Of a stretch of DNA of 46,872 nt, positions 36,955 to 46,763 are shown one piece after another. Position 1 is the stretch's first letter, and the number at the start of each line of letters is the position of its first letter. The translations under genes and the position numbers were made by a program. Below the pieces are notes generated by a model. It searched no databases, was not told where the DNA came from, and saw only the letters and a program-made list of their open reading frames with translations. This DNA is from Dehalococcoidales bacterium (GTDB lineage: Bacteria > Chloroflexota > Dehalococcoidia > Dehalococcoidales > UBA5760): positions 1-46,872 of the forward strand of contig JAGGZY010000050.1 in the NCBI GenBank assembly GCA_021161775.1, read 5' to 3'.

Positions 36955-37440
36955 ATGTTTGAATCTTGTGATCTTGGTGCTGACAACAGTCAGTGGTCAA
37001 CGATAATACCGCTAATTGTGCTGGTAGTATTGAGCATTGTAATGAGGCGGCGTAAATCGGAGAAAACCCCTCAGGAGATAGCCTCCAGTCTGTTCTCGGA
37101 CATCAATAACAATCAGCGGATTGTGGAGGGGTTCAGTTTCCAGGGGCGGCCTAAGAAGCTTCAGCTAGGTAGTTGGCAGCGCAATAACGCTAAAATAGAT
37201 TTTTTAGAGCCTTCGTTACGTAGTAGTTTAGCCAGTACCTTTAGGCTATCCGAGGATTTTAATATGCAGATAGAGTCAGCTAAAACCTATCGATCCAGCA
37301 GCTATCTTGAGGGCATCAGTGTGGATAAGTTGAAAAGGTCAATGGAGGAGAGCAAACAGGGTCTGGAGGACTGGCTCAAGTCAAATATGCAACAGACAGG
37401 CCCCGATGCTGGACATCGTGGTTGTATGTTTGGCGGCTGA
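36955..37440 (+). CDS. Hypothetical protein with N-terminal TM anchor
   Basis: GAGG RBS; hydrophobic helix followed by RRRK. Confidence 0.7.
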   Translation: MFESCDLGADNSQWSTIIPLIVLVVLSIVMRRRKSEKTPQEIASSLFSDINNNQRIVEGFSFQGRPKKLQLGSWQRNNAKIDFLEPSLRSSLASTFRLSEDFNMQIESAKTYRSSSYLEGISVDKLKRSMEESKQGLEDWLKSNMQQTGPDAGHRGCMFGG

Positions 37441-37441
37441 G

Positions 37442-38191
37442 CTAGGAAGGCATTCCTCCGTCAATGCCAATAACCTGTCCGGTGATGTAGCTGGCTCGGT
37501 CACTGACTAAGAAAGCAACTAGCTCGGCGACCTCTTCCGGTTTGCCGTAGCGCTTTACAGCGAGCATCTGAAGTAAGGCTTCTTTGTGCTCTTGAGGTAG
37601 TTTATCTGTCATCGGAGTGACAATAAACCCTGGAGCAATAGCGTTAGCGGTGATATTAAGCGAGCCGACTTCCTTGGCGATGCTCTTGGTAAAGACGATG
37701 ATGGCGGCTTTAGAAGCGGCGTAGTTGGTTTGACCAACATTGCCAATTCGCCCGGCGATAGAAGACATACTGATGATACGTCCCCAGCGCTGTTTCATCA
37801 TTGAGCGCAGGGCAAACTTGGTGCAGGCGTAGGTTCCCCTCAGGTTGGTATCAATTACATCGTCCCAGGCTTTATCCGACATCTTGAGTAACAGGGTGTC
37901 CCGGTTGATGCCAGCATTGTTGACCAGGATATCAATCTTTTCCCACTTGTCGGTTATTTCTTGCACCATAGTCTTCACTGCTTGGCTATCCCTGACATCG
38001 GCTCCCAGAGCTATTGCTTCCCCTCCCCCATTGGTGATTGCATCAACTACGCTAGCGGCGCCAAGCTCGCTTGATAGGTAATTAACGACTACCTTGCTCC
38101 CCAGACTGGCGAGCTTTAAGGCTACTGCCTCACCAATACCACTCGAAGCACCAGTAACCAGTGATACCTTACCGGCTAATTCTGCTTCCAT
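37442..38191 (-). CDS. fabG: 3-oxoacyl-ACP reductase
   Basis: TGASSGIG, NNAG, YAASK, GQVIGIDGG. Confidence 0.93.
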   Translation of the reverse strand: MEAELAGKVSLVTGASSGIGEAVALKLASLGSKVVVNYLSSELGAASVVDAITNGGGEAIALGADVRDSQAVKTMVQEITDKWEKIDILVNNAGINRDTLLLKMSDKAWDDVIDTNLRGTYACTKFALRSMMKQRWGRIISMSSIAGRIGNVGQTNYAASKAAIIVFTKSIAKEVGSLNITANAIAPGFIVTPMTDKLPQEHKEALLQMLAVKRYGKPEEVAELVAFLVSDRASYITGQVIGIDGGMPS

Positions 38192-38195
38192 TTTA

Positions 38196-39422
38196 TTAAT
38201 CCTTAAATCGTTTGAGTATCAGACAACAATTCTGTCCCCCGAAGCCAAAGCTGTCTTTCAGACAAATATCTAGCTTCGCCTCGCGAGCCACATTGGGTAC
38301 GTAATCCAGGTCGCACTCCGGGTCGGGGGTTTCGTAGTGTATCGTCGGGGGGATGAGTCCGTGATTTATGGCTAATACCACGGCGATAGACTCCACTAGC
38401 CCTCCGGCGGTTATCAGGTGACCAAACATCGACTTGGATGAGCTTACCGGGATTTTATAAGCCTGGTCTCCAAAGGTCAGCTTGATGGCTTTGGTTTCAC
38501 AGACATCGTTCAGCTTGGTGCTGGTGCCGTGGGCATTGATGTAATCAACCTCATCCGGTCTCACCCCGGCATTCCGAAGGGCATTCTTCATAGCGATAGT
38601 TTCTGTCTTAGCCTGAGGGGCAGATACATCGAAGGCATCGTAGGACCAACCAGTTCCAGCTACCTCAGCTAGGATTGGGGCTCCGCGTTGCTTAGCGTGC
38701 TCGTAGCTCTCCAGTACTAAGGCTCCGGCGCCCTCTCCGTAGATGAAGCCATCACGATTGAGGTCGAAGGGACGACAAGCTGTCTCCGGGTCGGGGTTCT
38801 TGCTCAGAGCGCCCAGCACCCCCATAGAGGCAACGGTCATTTCGTCCAGTGAAGTATCCGAGGCAACGGCGGCCATCACATCGGCATAGCCCAGACGAAT
38901 GTAATTTACGGCATTAGCGATAACGTCAGCGCCGCTGGCACAAAGGCTGTTGACGCTGATACAGGGGCCGTTGAATCCGTACAGCAGTCCTACCTGCAGG
39001 GAGATGATACTGGGAGCCCCCTTGGTGAAGAACAGAGGGTCAGCCCTTCTAGGACCTCGCCGCTGAAGTACCTTCCACCCTTCAACAATGGTCATGTTTT
39101 CCTGCATACAGGCACTGACGATACCAACTCGCTCCGGTTTCTCCTTACTCATATCTAACCCGGAGGCTTCTATAGCCTCTTTGGCGGCTGGGAGAGCCAT
39201 GTGAATCGTTCGCTGAGTACGCTCCATCGTTTTTATATCCATATATTTGGCAGGGTCAAAGTCCTTTACCTCAGCGCTCACCTTCACCGGGAATTCGGTA
39301 GCGTCGAATTTTTGAATAAGACCAACCCCCGATTTGCCTGATGCCAAATTGGTCCAGAGCTCGTCTATGGTTAGACCTAGTGGACAAATAACACCCATTC
39401 CAGTAACTACTACTCGTTGCAT
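38196..39422 (-). CDS. fabF: Beta-ketoacyl-ACP synthase II
   Basis: RVVVTGMG, catalytic LCASG, HGTST, KSMFGH, SFGFGG. Confidence 0.92.
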   Translation of the reverse strand: MQRVVVTGMGVICPLGLTIDELWTNLASGKSGVGLIQKFDATEFPVKVSAEVKDFDPAKYMDIKTMERTQRTIHMALPAAKEAIEASGLDMSKEKPERVGIVSACMQENMTIVEGWKVLQRRGPRRADPLFFTKGAPSIISLQVGLLYGFNGPCISVNSLCASGADVIANAVNYIRLGYADVMAAVASDTSLDEMTVASMGVLGALSKNPDPETACRPFDLNRDGFIYGEGAGALVLESYEHAKQRGAPILAEVAGTGWSYDAFDVSAPQAKTETIAMKNALRNAGVRPDEVDYINAHGTSTKLNDVCETKAIKLTFGDQAYKIPVSSSKSMFGHLITAGGLVESIAVVLAINHGLIPPTIHYETPDPECDLDYVPNVAREAKLDICLKDSFGFGGQNCCLILKRFKD

Positions 39423-39596
39423 AACTAATTTTTTCCTCCTTTATTCACAACAACGAAACAAACCAACACCCCCCCACTGACAGCAACTATCTGTCCTTCT
39501 GTCAAGGTTTCCTCACCGCTTACCGCTGGCTTTGGGTTAGTGCGGTAGTGGCTCTTGGTTCTTTCAGTTTTAGGTGCCTCTCTGAGCCGTTAAACA

Positions 39597-39839
39597 TTAC
39601 TTCTTCTTGGCTACCTGAGCCTCAACATAGCTAACGAAGTCACCGAAGTTTTTAAACTTCTGAGCGTCTTCATCAGGAATCTCAATACCAAATTCATCTT
39701 CTAGGGCTACCAGTACCTGGACCATATCCAGGGAATCAGCCTTCATATCCTGAAAACTAGCGTTAGGGGTAAGGGTTTCTCGGTCACAATGGACAATCTT
39801 AACGACAATATCTTTGATGGTTTCTTCAGTACTAGCCAT
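39597..39839 (-). CDS. acpP: Acyl carrier protein
   Basis: ADSLD phosphopantetheine site; LEDEFGIEIPDEDA. Confidence 0.95.
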   Translation of the reverse strand: MASTEETIKDIVVKIVHCDRETLTPNASFQDMKADSLDMVQVLVALEDEFGIEIPDEDAQKFKNFGDFVSYVEAQVAKKK

Positions 39840-39850
39840 TAATAACTCCT

Positions 39851-40873
39851 TTATAGATTGATATGTTGTTTAATCTCAGCTAACTTGGCTTTCAAGCAGC
39901 CTACTACATCCTTCTCCACGATTAGCTTGGCTTGCCCCAGTTTGTCGGTTACATTGGGAGCCAGACTATTGCCGTGCATCTTAATCACCACTCCATTAAG
40001 CCCCCAAATGAGTCCACCACCGGCACTATCAGGTAACGCCAATGACGATATCAGGCTCTTCATCTTTCCCTTAAGGAGATTGGATAGGAGCGGATAACTT
40101 TTCGTCTTACTGGTGAAAAAACCCTTCATGACTTCAACCGCGCCCTCACTAAGCTTGAAGAGACAGTTACCAGTAAAGGCGTCACAGATAATGACATTAG
40201 CCTGTCCGCTAAGGATGCCGTCACCTTCCACATTACCGATGAAGTTTAGCCCGCTCTTTTCGAGGAGGGGGTAGGCTTCTCGGGTCAGTTGGTTTCCCTT
40301 GGTTGATTCTTTACCGATGTTCAGTAAGGCTACCGTGGGGTTGGGAATGTCGAGAAAAAGCTTGGCGTAGACAGTTCCGATGATAGCGAAGTTTAGCAGA
40401 TACTGGGGCTTACAGTCCGTATTTACCCCGAGGTCAAATACCGCGGTCTTGGGGGCAACCCCCGCTAGAACACCACCGATTACAGGGCGGTCAATCCCGT
40501 CTATCATCCCCAGAAACTGCATCGCGCTGGTAACCAGAGAGCCAGTAGCCGTAGCTCCAATCAGGGCATCGGCTTCTCCGTCCCTCACCAACTTGGTGGC
40601 TACCGCTATCGAGCAGTTGGGCCTGCGGCGGATGGTCAGCGCCGGGTTCTCTTCTTCCTTGATGAAGTCGTCAGAGTGTACTAGTCGAATTGGTAATCCC
40701 GAGGTATTATGTTTGGCTAATTCTGGCTTAATGAGGTCACTGGGTCCGACTAGTATGGGCTCTATATCGTCTTTTCTGGCAGCGTCTACAGCCCCTTTGA
40801 CTATCTCTCCGGGGGCATTATCACCGCCCATAGCATCTACCGCTATTCTCACCCTCGGCTTGCCCTTGGCCAT
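39851..40873 (-). CDS. plsX: Phosphate acyltransferase
   Basis: IAVDAMGGDNAP, DRP, LLNIGKE..KG, NFIGNVEG, KMHG. Confidence 0.93.
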   Translation of the reverse strand: MAKGKPRVRIAVDAMGGDNAPGEIVKGAVDAARKDDIEPILVGPSDLIKPELAKHNTSGLPIRLVHSDDFIKEEENPALTIRRRPNCSIAVATKLVRDGEADALIGATATGSLVTSAMQFLGMIDGIDRPVIGGVLAGVAPKTAVFDLGVNTDCKPQYLLNFAIIGTVYAKLFLDIPNPTVALLNIGKESTKGNQLTREAYPLLEKSGLNFIGNVEGDGILSGQANVIICDAFTGNCLFKLSEGAVEVMKGFFTSKTKSYPLLSNLLKGKMKSLISSLALPDSAGGGLIWGLNGVVIKMHGNSLAPNVTDKLGQAKLIVEKDVVGCLKAKLAEIKQHINL

Positions 40874-40905
40874 AAAAGGTCTCCTTGGCCTCCTTCCTCA
40901 TCGGA

Positions 40906-41331
40906 TTAGTGAAGTTTAACTGTGGCTCGGCCGTTAATTATTATCTCTCCCTTTTGATTGCAGCACTCCAGGCTACAATTTACCTGTGGAATACCATCCT
41001 TATCCTCGATGGAATCAATCTGGCCACTAGTGGTTATGGTATCCTGAGGGCGGGCCGCTGACTTGAAGCGTACCGCAAGCTTACCCTCCTCTAGCCAGCA
41101 GCTACCAAAGGCTTGGGTCATCATCTCTGATAGATAGGCTAGAACTAGCATACCATGGGCGATAGTCCCCCCCAGCGGGGTTTTAGCGGCGAAGGTCTCA
41201 TCAACATGAATAGGATTAAAATCGCCACTTGCCTCCGCATATCGGTTAATATCCTGTTGAGTGATATGCTTTATTACCGAAGGTAAGCTATCCCCCTGAT
41301 GGATATCCGAGAGTCTAGGTTTTTCTAACAA
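40906..41331 (-). CDS. MaoC-family (R)-specific dehydratase, catalytic (HadB-like)
   Basis: YAEASGDFNPIHVD...IAHGM hydratase-2 motif. Confidence 0.88.
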   Translation of the reverse strand: MLEKPRLSDIHQGDSLPSVIKHITQQDINRYAEASGDFNPIHVDETFAAKTPLGGTIAHGMLVLAYLSEMMTQAFGSCWLEEGKLAVRFKSAARPQDTITTSGQIDSIEDKDGIPQVNCSLECCNQKGEIIINGRATVKLH

Positions 41332-41354
41332 GACAGGTATTCCTCTCCTGAATT

Positions 41355-41777
41355 CTAGCTTGGCACGGCTATGGTGGCTTTCCCGGTCAACACCTTTTCT
41401 TGGTCTTGGTCCAGAGCCTTAATTTCGAGGGTTATCAGATTTAGCCTGCCTCGCTCCAGTTTGTTGGCTACCTTGCCACTACAACTTATGGTGGTTCCGA
41501 TGGGTACCAACTTGAGAAATTCAAACTCCTGGGACGCATGTATTGACCCCGGAGGTACCACAAATGACTGCGACGTTGCCGTCATGGCACAAGCCGCTAT
41601 AGCCAGGGGAGGAACAATCCCCATTGTTAGGAAGTCATGTTGTTCACCAACCGCTTCCACATATTTAGAAACAACTAACCCGTCCAGCTCATAGCGAGAC
41701 GGCGGAAATTCATAACCTACTGGCACCTGTTTTAAACTCACCGAAGAGTGGTTAGTATCTTTATCTTCCATCGGCAA
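41355..41777 (-). CDS. MaoC-like hotdog partner subunit (HadA-like, non-catalytic)
   Basis: VGYEFP, YVEAVG, VPP, IHASQEFEF; lacks the D-x4-H motif. Confidence 0.75.
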   Translation of the reverse strand: MPMEDKDTNHSSVSLKQVPVGYEFPPSRYELDGLVVSKYVEAVGEQHDFLTMGIVPPLAIAACAMTATSQSFVVPPGSIHASQEFEFLKLVPIGTTISCSGKVANKLERGRLNLITLEIKALDQDQEKVLTGKATIAVPS

Positions 41778-41831
41778 ATCCTAACTAACAATAAGGTTTT
41801 CTAAAAACCCTAGCTGGGAAAGACTACTGTA

Positions 41832-41861
41832 AATATAGACTACCTCTAGTATTGATGTCAA
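41832..41861 (-). promoter_or_regulatory. sigma70 promoter of the fatty-acid operon
   Basis: TTGACA, 18 bp, TATATT on the minus strand. Confidence 0.6.
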
Positions 41862-41885
41862 GTGTTCTGGCTATTTAGGATAGCT

Positions 41886-42518
41886 CTAGCTGCCCCATTT
41901 CTGGGAGTGAACTTGCTTCAGCTGGGCTAGGTGTGACTGAAATGGTGCCGCTAGGATATCTTCAGAGGACATCACCAGGGCATCCTCTTTATTGTCGCGG
42001 TAATAGCCACGACGTTGACCTATTGGGGTAAAGCCATACTCGCGGTAGAGGTTCTGGGCGATAGTGTTGGATATCCGTACCTCCAGGGTGAGAATGCGGG
42101 CATTCAGGGCAATAGCGATATCAATTATGGATATCAGTAGGAGTTCTCCTATCCCCTGTCGGCGGTAGCTGCTTCGCACCGCCAGGTTGGTTATGTTGGC
42201 TTCATCAGCCATTACCCAGCAGCCAGCGAAACCGACAATATATTGAGGGGTAACTGGGGGTAGGCTAAGGGCAGGGCTAAAAAACTGCTTTAGCCGGGAA
42301 ACGAGGCTGGGGGGCTGCTTCTTTGGGGTAACGGCTGTCTGGTCTTCAGTTAAGGTCTTGCCTTGCTGGACGGCAACAATGTAATTAGCTATCCGGATTT
42401 GTAGCTCGCGCTGGTAGTTAGCCGGGGGTAGCATAGTGGGGAAAGCCTCATGGTCGATATCGGTAACCTGAGCAATATCCTCGCTACGCATCGGGCGCAC
42501 ATAATAGGGATAGGGCAA
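41886..42518 (-). CDS. rimI: Ribosomal-protein-alanine N-acetyltransferase
   Basis: ITNLAV..YRRQGIG, LEVRISN..AQNLY..YGF...RRGYY...EDA. Confidence 0.9.
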   Translation of the reverse strand: MPYPYYVRPMRSEDIAQVTDIDHEAFPTMLPPANYQRELQIRIANYIVAVQQGKTLTEDQTAVTPKKQPPSLVSRLKQFFSPALSLPPVTPQYIVGFAGCWVMADEANITNLAVRSSYRRQGIGELLLISIIDIAIALNARILTLEVRISNTIAQNLYREYGFTPIGQRRGYYRDNKEDALVMSSEDILAAPFQSHLAQLKQVHSQKWGS

Positions 42519-42662
42519 GTTTTTACTCTCCAGATCTAGTTTCGGGAGCTATTGTAACACATCCCTTTGACCAGTAATAGCTATCTTTTTCACATCTCAT
42601 TCGTTATAATTTGTGCATCGGATAACACCGCAGTTACCGGTTAGATAGTAGGGGGTTATCGG

Positions 42663-43205
42663 GTGCAGGATGAGGAGAATCTGGTGCGGAGGGCGCAACA
42701 GCACGATGAGGAAGCTTTCGCCCAGTTATATGAGGAGTATTTCGATAAGATTTATCGCTATATAGCCATCAGAATAGGAGACAGGATGGAGGCTGAGGAT
42801 ATGACCCAGCAGGTCTTTCTTAAGGCTATTCGGGCAATTGCTTCCTTCCGCTGGAGGGGTTTTCCTTTCTCTAGCTGGTTGTTTCGTATTGCCCACAACC
42901 AGGTGGTTGACCATCTGAGAAAGAAAGCCCGACGGGCTACGGCTTTCCTGGATGAGTCGCTACTGGCGGCTGATGATGACCCACAATTAATCGTTGGTCA
43001 GAAGTTAGATGCCGAGAGATTGGCCCTGGCGACCCAGCAACTAACCTCTGCCCAGCAGGAGGTAATTTCGCTTCGTTTTGCTGGCGGACTGACGGTGGCT
43101 CAAGCGGCTAAGATTATCGGCAAGAGTGAAGGAGCGGTAAAATCACTACAGCATAATGCTATAGTTGCTCTGCGTAAAATACTGCTTGGTGTGATTGATA
43201 GATGA
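42663..43205 (+). CDS. ECF RNA polymerase sigma factor
   Basis: AFAQLY, AEDMTQQVFLKA, SWLFRIAHN, region 4 GKSEGAVKS. Confidence 0.93.
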   Translation: MQDEENLVRRAQQHDEEAFAQLYEEYFDKIYRYIAIRIGDRMEAEDMTQQVFLKAIRAIASFRWRGFPFSSWLFRIAHNQVVDHLRKKARRATAFLDESLLAADDDPQLIVGQKLDAERLALATQQLTSAQQEVISLRFAGGLTVAQAAKIIGKSEGAVKSLQHNAIVALRKILLGVIDR

Positions 43206-44074
43206 AGAATAATCGTGAGTTGGAAAATATCCTTGATGACTGTCTGCAGAGACTGGCTGAGGGTGAGTCGGTAGAGCAGTGTCTTAAGCGTTACCCCGAG
43301 CAGACTAGCCAGTTGGGGCCGCTGTTAGGAGTGGCTCAGGCAGTAGGTGAGGCTTCGGCTATCCAGCCTCGTCCTGAGTTCAGGTCGCGAGCTAGGTATG
43401 AATTCCGTGCTGCGCTTAAGGTGGGGGGAAAGCGAGCTCCCCTTAGATTCCGGCCGCGGTGGGTAATTGCCTTAATGACGGCTAGCATCCTTCTGCTGGT
43501 GGGGGGAGGCACTGCCGTTGCTGCCAGCAACAGTATGCCGGATGAGCCTCTCTATTCGGTTAAGCTGGCTACCGAGCGAATGCAGCTTGCCTTCACCCCT
43601 TCCGATATCGGTAAGGTGAAGCTGTCGGCAATGCTGGCTGATAGGAGGGTGGCGGAGATAATCTGTATGGCTGACAAGGGTGATATCTGGCGGGTGGAGA
43701 TTACTACCCGGCGTCTGGGCCGGCACTTAACTGCCCTGACGCAGATGGTCTCAACCCAGCAGATAAGCGAGCCCTCAAAAGCGCTAACGGTGCCAGCACC
43801 TAAGGATAAGGAAGATACCGGTGTGGTTCCTGAAGAGGCGCTAACCAAGGGACCAGCAGCTTTATCCCCGGGGAAGGTGAAGAAGGCTAAAGGCTTTATT
43901 AAGGCTGGTGACCGGATTAGACTGAGGGTTATGTTATATACCTATGCCACTAATGACCCTGCTGCTCTCCGGGCGGCGCTAGATAGAGTCCCGGCCCCTG
44001 TAAAACCTGCCCTGCGTCGAGCAATTGGGGTATCAGTAGCTGGTTACCGGAGAACTCTGGCCGCTTTAGATTAG
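43202..44074 (+). CDS. Putative anti-sigma factor (DUF5667-like)
   Basis: ATGA overlap with the sigma gene; LDDCL...CLKRYP N-terminus, TM helix, SMPDEPLYSVKLATE. Confidence 0.78.
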   Translation: MKNNRELENILDDCLQRLAEGESVEQCLKRYPEQTSQLGPLLGVAQAVGEASAIQPRPEFRSRARYEFRAALKVGGKRAPLRFRPRWVIALMTASILLLVGGGTAVAASNSMPDEPLYSVKLATERMQLAFTPSDIGKVKLSAMLADRRVAEIICMADKGDIWRVEITTRRLGRHLTALTQMVSTQQISEPSKALTVPAPKDKEDTGVVPEEALTKGPAALSPGKVKKAKGFIKAGDRIRLRVMLYTYATNDPAALRAALDRVPAPVKPALRRAIGVSVAGYRRTLAALD

Positions 44075-44107
44075 CTACCGATTTGGGGTTTGCTGAGTTA
44101 TTCCCAC

Positions 44108-44133
44108 CGCAACTAAATGATAATCTATCCGTT
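44108..44133 (+). promoter_or_regulatory. Candidate ECF promoter upstream of SIMPL
   Basis: GCAAC-N16-CGTT, overlapping a TATAAT. Confidence 0.45.
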
Positions 44134-44172
44134 ATAATTTGGGAAAGCCAGAATTTTTATAAGGAGTAGGTA

Positions 44173-44964
44173 ATGAAGATGAACAAGAAGTGGCTGGTGG
44201 CAATAGGTCTGGTAGCAGTAATACCCATAGTTACCCTATGTGGCTGTGGTTATCGGGCGGATGGACCGGGGTTAGGTAGTTTGCCGGCCTCGCTGCAGGT
44301 CAGTCTGGATAGTCAGCAGCAGGGGATTGAGGTTACCGGCCAAGGCAAGACTACGGCGGTTCCTGATGTGGCTAACCTGAGCTTAGGTGTTGAGGCTCAG
44401 GAGGTAACAGTAGCTGAGGCTCAGGCTGAGGCATCGGCGGCGATGGATAGAGTGATGGCGGCGCTGACCAGCGGTGGCGTGGCAGAAAAGGATATCAAGA
44501 CGCGGTATTTTAACATTCGTCAGAGAACCCGGTGGAATGATGAAACTGGTGAAGAGATTATCGTTGGCTACCGGGTAACCAATACGGTAACCGCTAAGAT
44601 AAGGGATATAGACAAGGTAGGTTCCATTATTGATGCCGTGGCTGTGGCTGGGGGGGACCTTATCCGTATTAATAATATCAGTTTTTCTATCGATGACCCA
44701 TCGGTTTACTATAAAGAGGTCAGGGAGAAGGCAATGGCGGATGCTAATGCCAAGGCTGAGCAACTGGCTAGCCTCGGCGGGGTCAAGCTGGGTAAACCTC
44801 TCTATATCTCGGAGGGTGCTTCGTCCTTTATCCCTAAAGGGGTGAGGATGGAAATGGCTGGGGGGGCTCCGGTACCGGCTCCAGTCCCGTCTCCACCGCC
44901 GATTAGTGCTGGTGAGATGGAGATTAGCCTTACCGTTAAGGTAACCTATGCCATTTTGAACTAA
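44173..44964 (+). CDS. SIMPL (DUF541) family lipoprotein
   Basis: IEVTGQG..TAVPDVA, GYRVTNTV, KAMADA..KAEQLA, ISAGE. Confidence 0.9.
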   Translation: MKMNKKWLVAIGLVAVIPIVTLCGCGYRADGPGLGSLPASLQVSLDSQQQGIEVTGQGKTTAVPDVANLSLGVEAQEVTVAEAQAEASAAMDRVMAALTSGGVAEKDIKTRYFNIRQRTRWNDETGEEIIVGYRVTNTVTAKIRDIDKVGSIIDAVAVAGGDLIRINNISFSIDDPSVYYKEVREKAMADANAKAEQLASLGGVKLGKPLYISEGASSFIPKGVRMEMAGGAPVPAPVPSPPPISAGEMEISLTVKVTYAILN

Positions 44965-44994
44965 AAAGAAATTAAATTACGAGAGAAGGGTAAA

Positions 44995-45666
44995 ATGAAG
45001 AAAATTGGGAAGATAGCAGGAGTGGTAGCCCTCAGTCTGAGTTTGATATTGGGGATAGCCCTGCCGGCACTGGCGGCTTCGGGGGGACCACCTCCTGAGG
45101 GTAATATGCTACCCAAGGTGTTGACCGGCAAGGTAGTTAGCCTGGATGAAGGTGAAGCCTTCCTGGTAATTCAGTCCCGGGGACAGGAAATTACCCTGGC
45201 GGTTAACGATGATACGCAGTACTTTGAAGCCCCGCTACCGCGGCGGGTCATCGGTTTAGCCGGGCGAGTAAATAGGCTAGCGCCGAGACTGCGAAGGCAG
45301 GTAGGGCGGGGGTTAGTGAAGCGACTTCGCCCCCTGGGTGAAGAGGTTGGCTTTGATGATATTACCGTGGGGGACCGCGTAGTAGTGCAAGCCGTACCGG
45401 CAGCAGATAGTCTGGTGGCGAAACGGGTATTGATTGTTGAGCCAGTTACCTGTAAGCATCTTTCAGGTACGGTTGCTGGTATCTCCACGGCAGATAGGAC
45501 ACTCGTTATTGCCCCGGCTGATGGCAGTAGCCAGATTACCTTAAGCTATGATGACCATACCCGTTTTGTCCTGCGAGGGACTACTGGGCTAGCGATAGGG
45601 CAGTTAGTTAGGGTTGTTCATGATGAGGAACTCGTAGCTAAGGTGGTATCTGTCTCGGTGGAGTAA
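44995..45666 (+). CDS. Secreted DUF5666-like OB-fold repeat protein
   Basis: Signal peptide ALA|A; repeated G.V.....T.F...I.VGDRV.V pattern. Confidence 0.65.
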   Translation: MKKIGKIAGVVALSLSLILGIALPALAASGGPPPEGNMLPKVLTGKVVSLDEGEAFLVIQSRGQEITLAVNDDTQYFEAPLPRRVIGLAGRVNRLAPRLRRQVGRGLVKRLRPLGEEVGFDDITVGDRVVVQAVPAADSLVAKRVLIVEPVTCKHLSGTVAGISTADRTLVIAPADGSSQITLSYDDHTRFVLRGTTGLAIGQLVRVVHDEELVAKVVSVSVE

Positions 45667-45693
45667 TCTGGCTTCATAAACGGTCTGAAAAGT

Positions 45694-45725
45694 AGGGGGA
45701 ATCTCCTCATTAAGGGGTTCCCCTT
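45694..45725. terminator. Hairpin between convergent genes
   Basis: AGGGGGAATC...GGTTCCCCTT imperfect stem; A-run on the left side. Confidence 0.45.
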
Positions 45726-45740
45726 ATGCTATCCCTGATT

Positions 45741-46763
45741 TTAGTGCAAGGTTGGCTGAGGTGGTTTACCTTTGGTGTAAGCTAAACCGAGGTGCTGGTA
45801 GGCTCGTGGGGTGGCTATCCTGCCGCGGGGGGTTCGCTCCAGAAATCCCAACTGTAAAAGATAAGGCTCGTAGATGTCCATAATGGTATCGGCTTCCTCA
45901 CTGATGGAGGCAGCGATGGTATCCAGTCCGACTGGTCCTCCGTTAAACTTGTCGATAATGGTGTGGAGCAGTTTATGGTCAATCTCATCCAGTCCAATAG
46001 GGTCGACCTCAAGTTTACCTAGGGCTTCAATGGCGATGGATTGGGTAATGGTACCATCCGACATTACCTGAGTGTAGTCTCTAACCCGTTTCAGCAGTCG
46101 GTTAGCTACTCGTGGGGTACCTCTAGCTCGGCGGGCAATTTCCTCCAGTCCCTTGTCCTCAGCAGTTACCCTAAGGATACGAGCCGAGCGTCTGAGGATT
46201 AGTTGGATAGCTGTTTCGTCATAGAAATCAAGCCGATAAATCGCCCCAAAGCGGTCGCGGAGGGGGGGGCTGAGCAGGGCGAAACGGGTGGTAGCGCCGA
46301 TAAGGGTAAAATCGGGTAGCTTTATCCGTAGGTTTCTGGCGCCGGGTCCTTTGCCGATAATAATATCCAGAGCAAAGTCTTCCATCGTCGGGTATAATAT
46401 CTCTTCTACTGCCCGATTAAGACGGTGGATTTCATCAATGAAGAGAACATCCTGACGATGGAGGTTGGTCAGAATGGCGGCTAGTTCTCCGCTGCGCTCT
46501 ATAGCGGGGCCGGAAGTAATCTTAATGTTAACCCCCATCTCGGTGGCGATGATATAAGACAGGGTGGTTTTGCCTAGCCCAGGGGGGCCATAGAGTAATA
46601 TATGGTCTAGAGCCTCTCCCCGACCTTTGGCGGCAGTGATAGCAATGTTCAGGTTATCCTTAATCCTGTCCTGCCCCACGAAGTGAGAAAGACTGCGTGG
46701 CCTGAGGTTGGTATCAAGAGAGACGTCATCGTTGGTTGGCTTGCCAGATACAATACGGTCTAT
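45741..46763 (-). CDS. ruvB: Holliday junction branch migration helicase RuvB (probable ATA start 46763)
   Basis: [31 protein letters not shown]; the conserved LRP..L..FVGQ lies upstream of the called GTG. Confidence 0.95.
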   Translation of the reverse strand: MDRIVSGKPTNDDVSLDTNLRPRSLSHFVGQDRIKDNLNIAITAAKGRGEALDHILLYGPPGLGKTTLSYIIATEMGVNIKITSGPAIERSGELAAILTNLHRQDVLFIDEIHRLNRAVEEILYPTMEDFALDIIIGKGPGARNLRIKLPDFTLIGATTRFALLSPPLRDRFGAIYRLDFYDETAIQLILRRSARILRVTAEDKGLEEIARRARGTPRVANRLLKRVRDYTQVMSDGTITQSIAIEALGKLEVDPIGLDEIDHKLLHTIIDKFNGGPVGLDTIAASISEEADTIMDIYEPYLLQLGFLERTPRGRIATPRAYQHLGLAYTKGKPPQPTLH

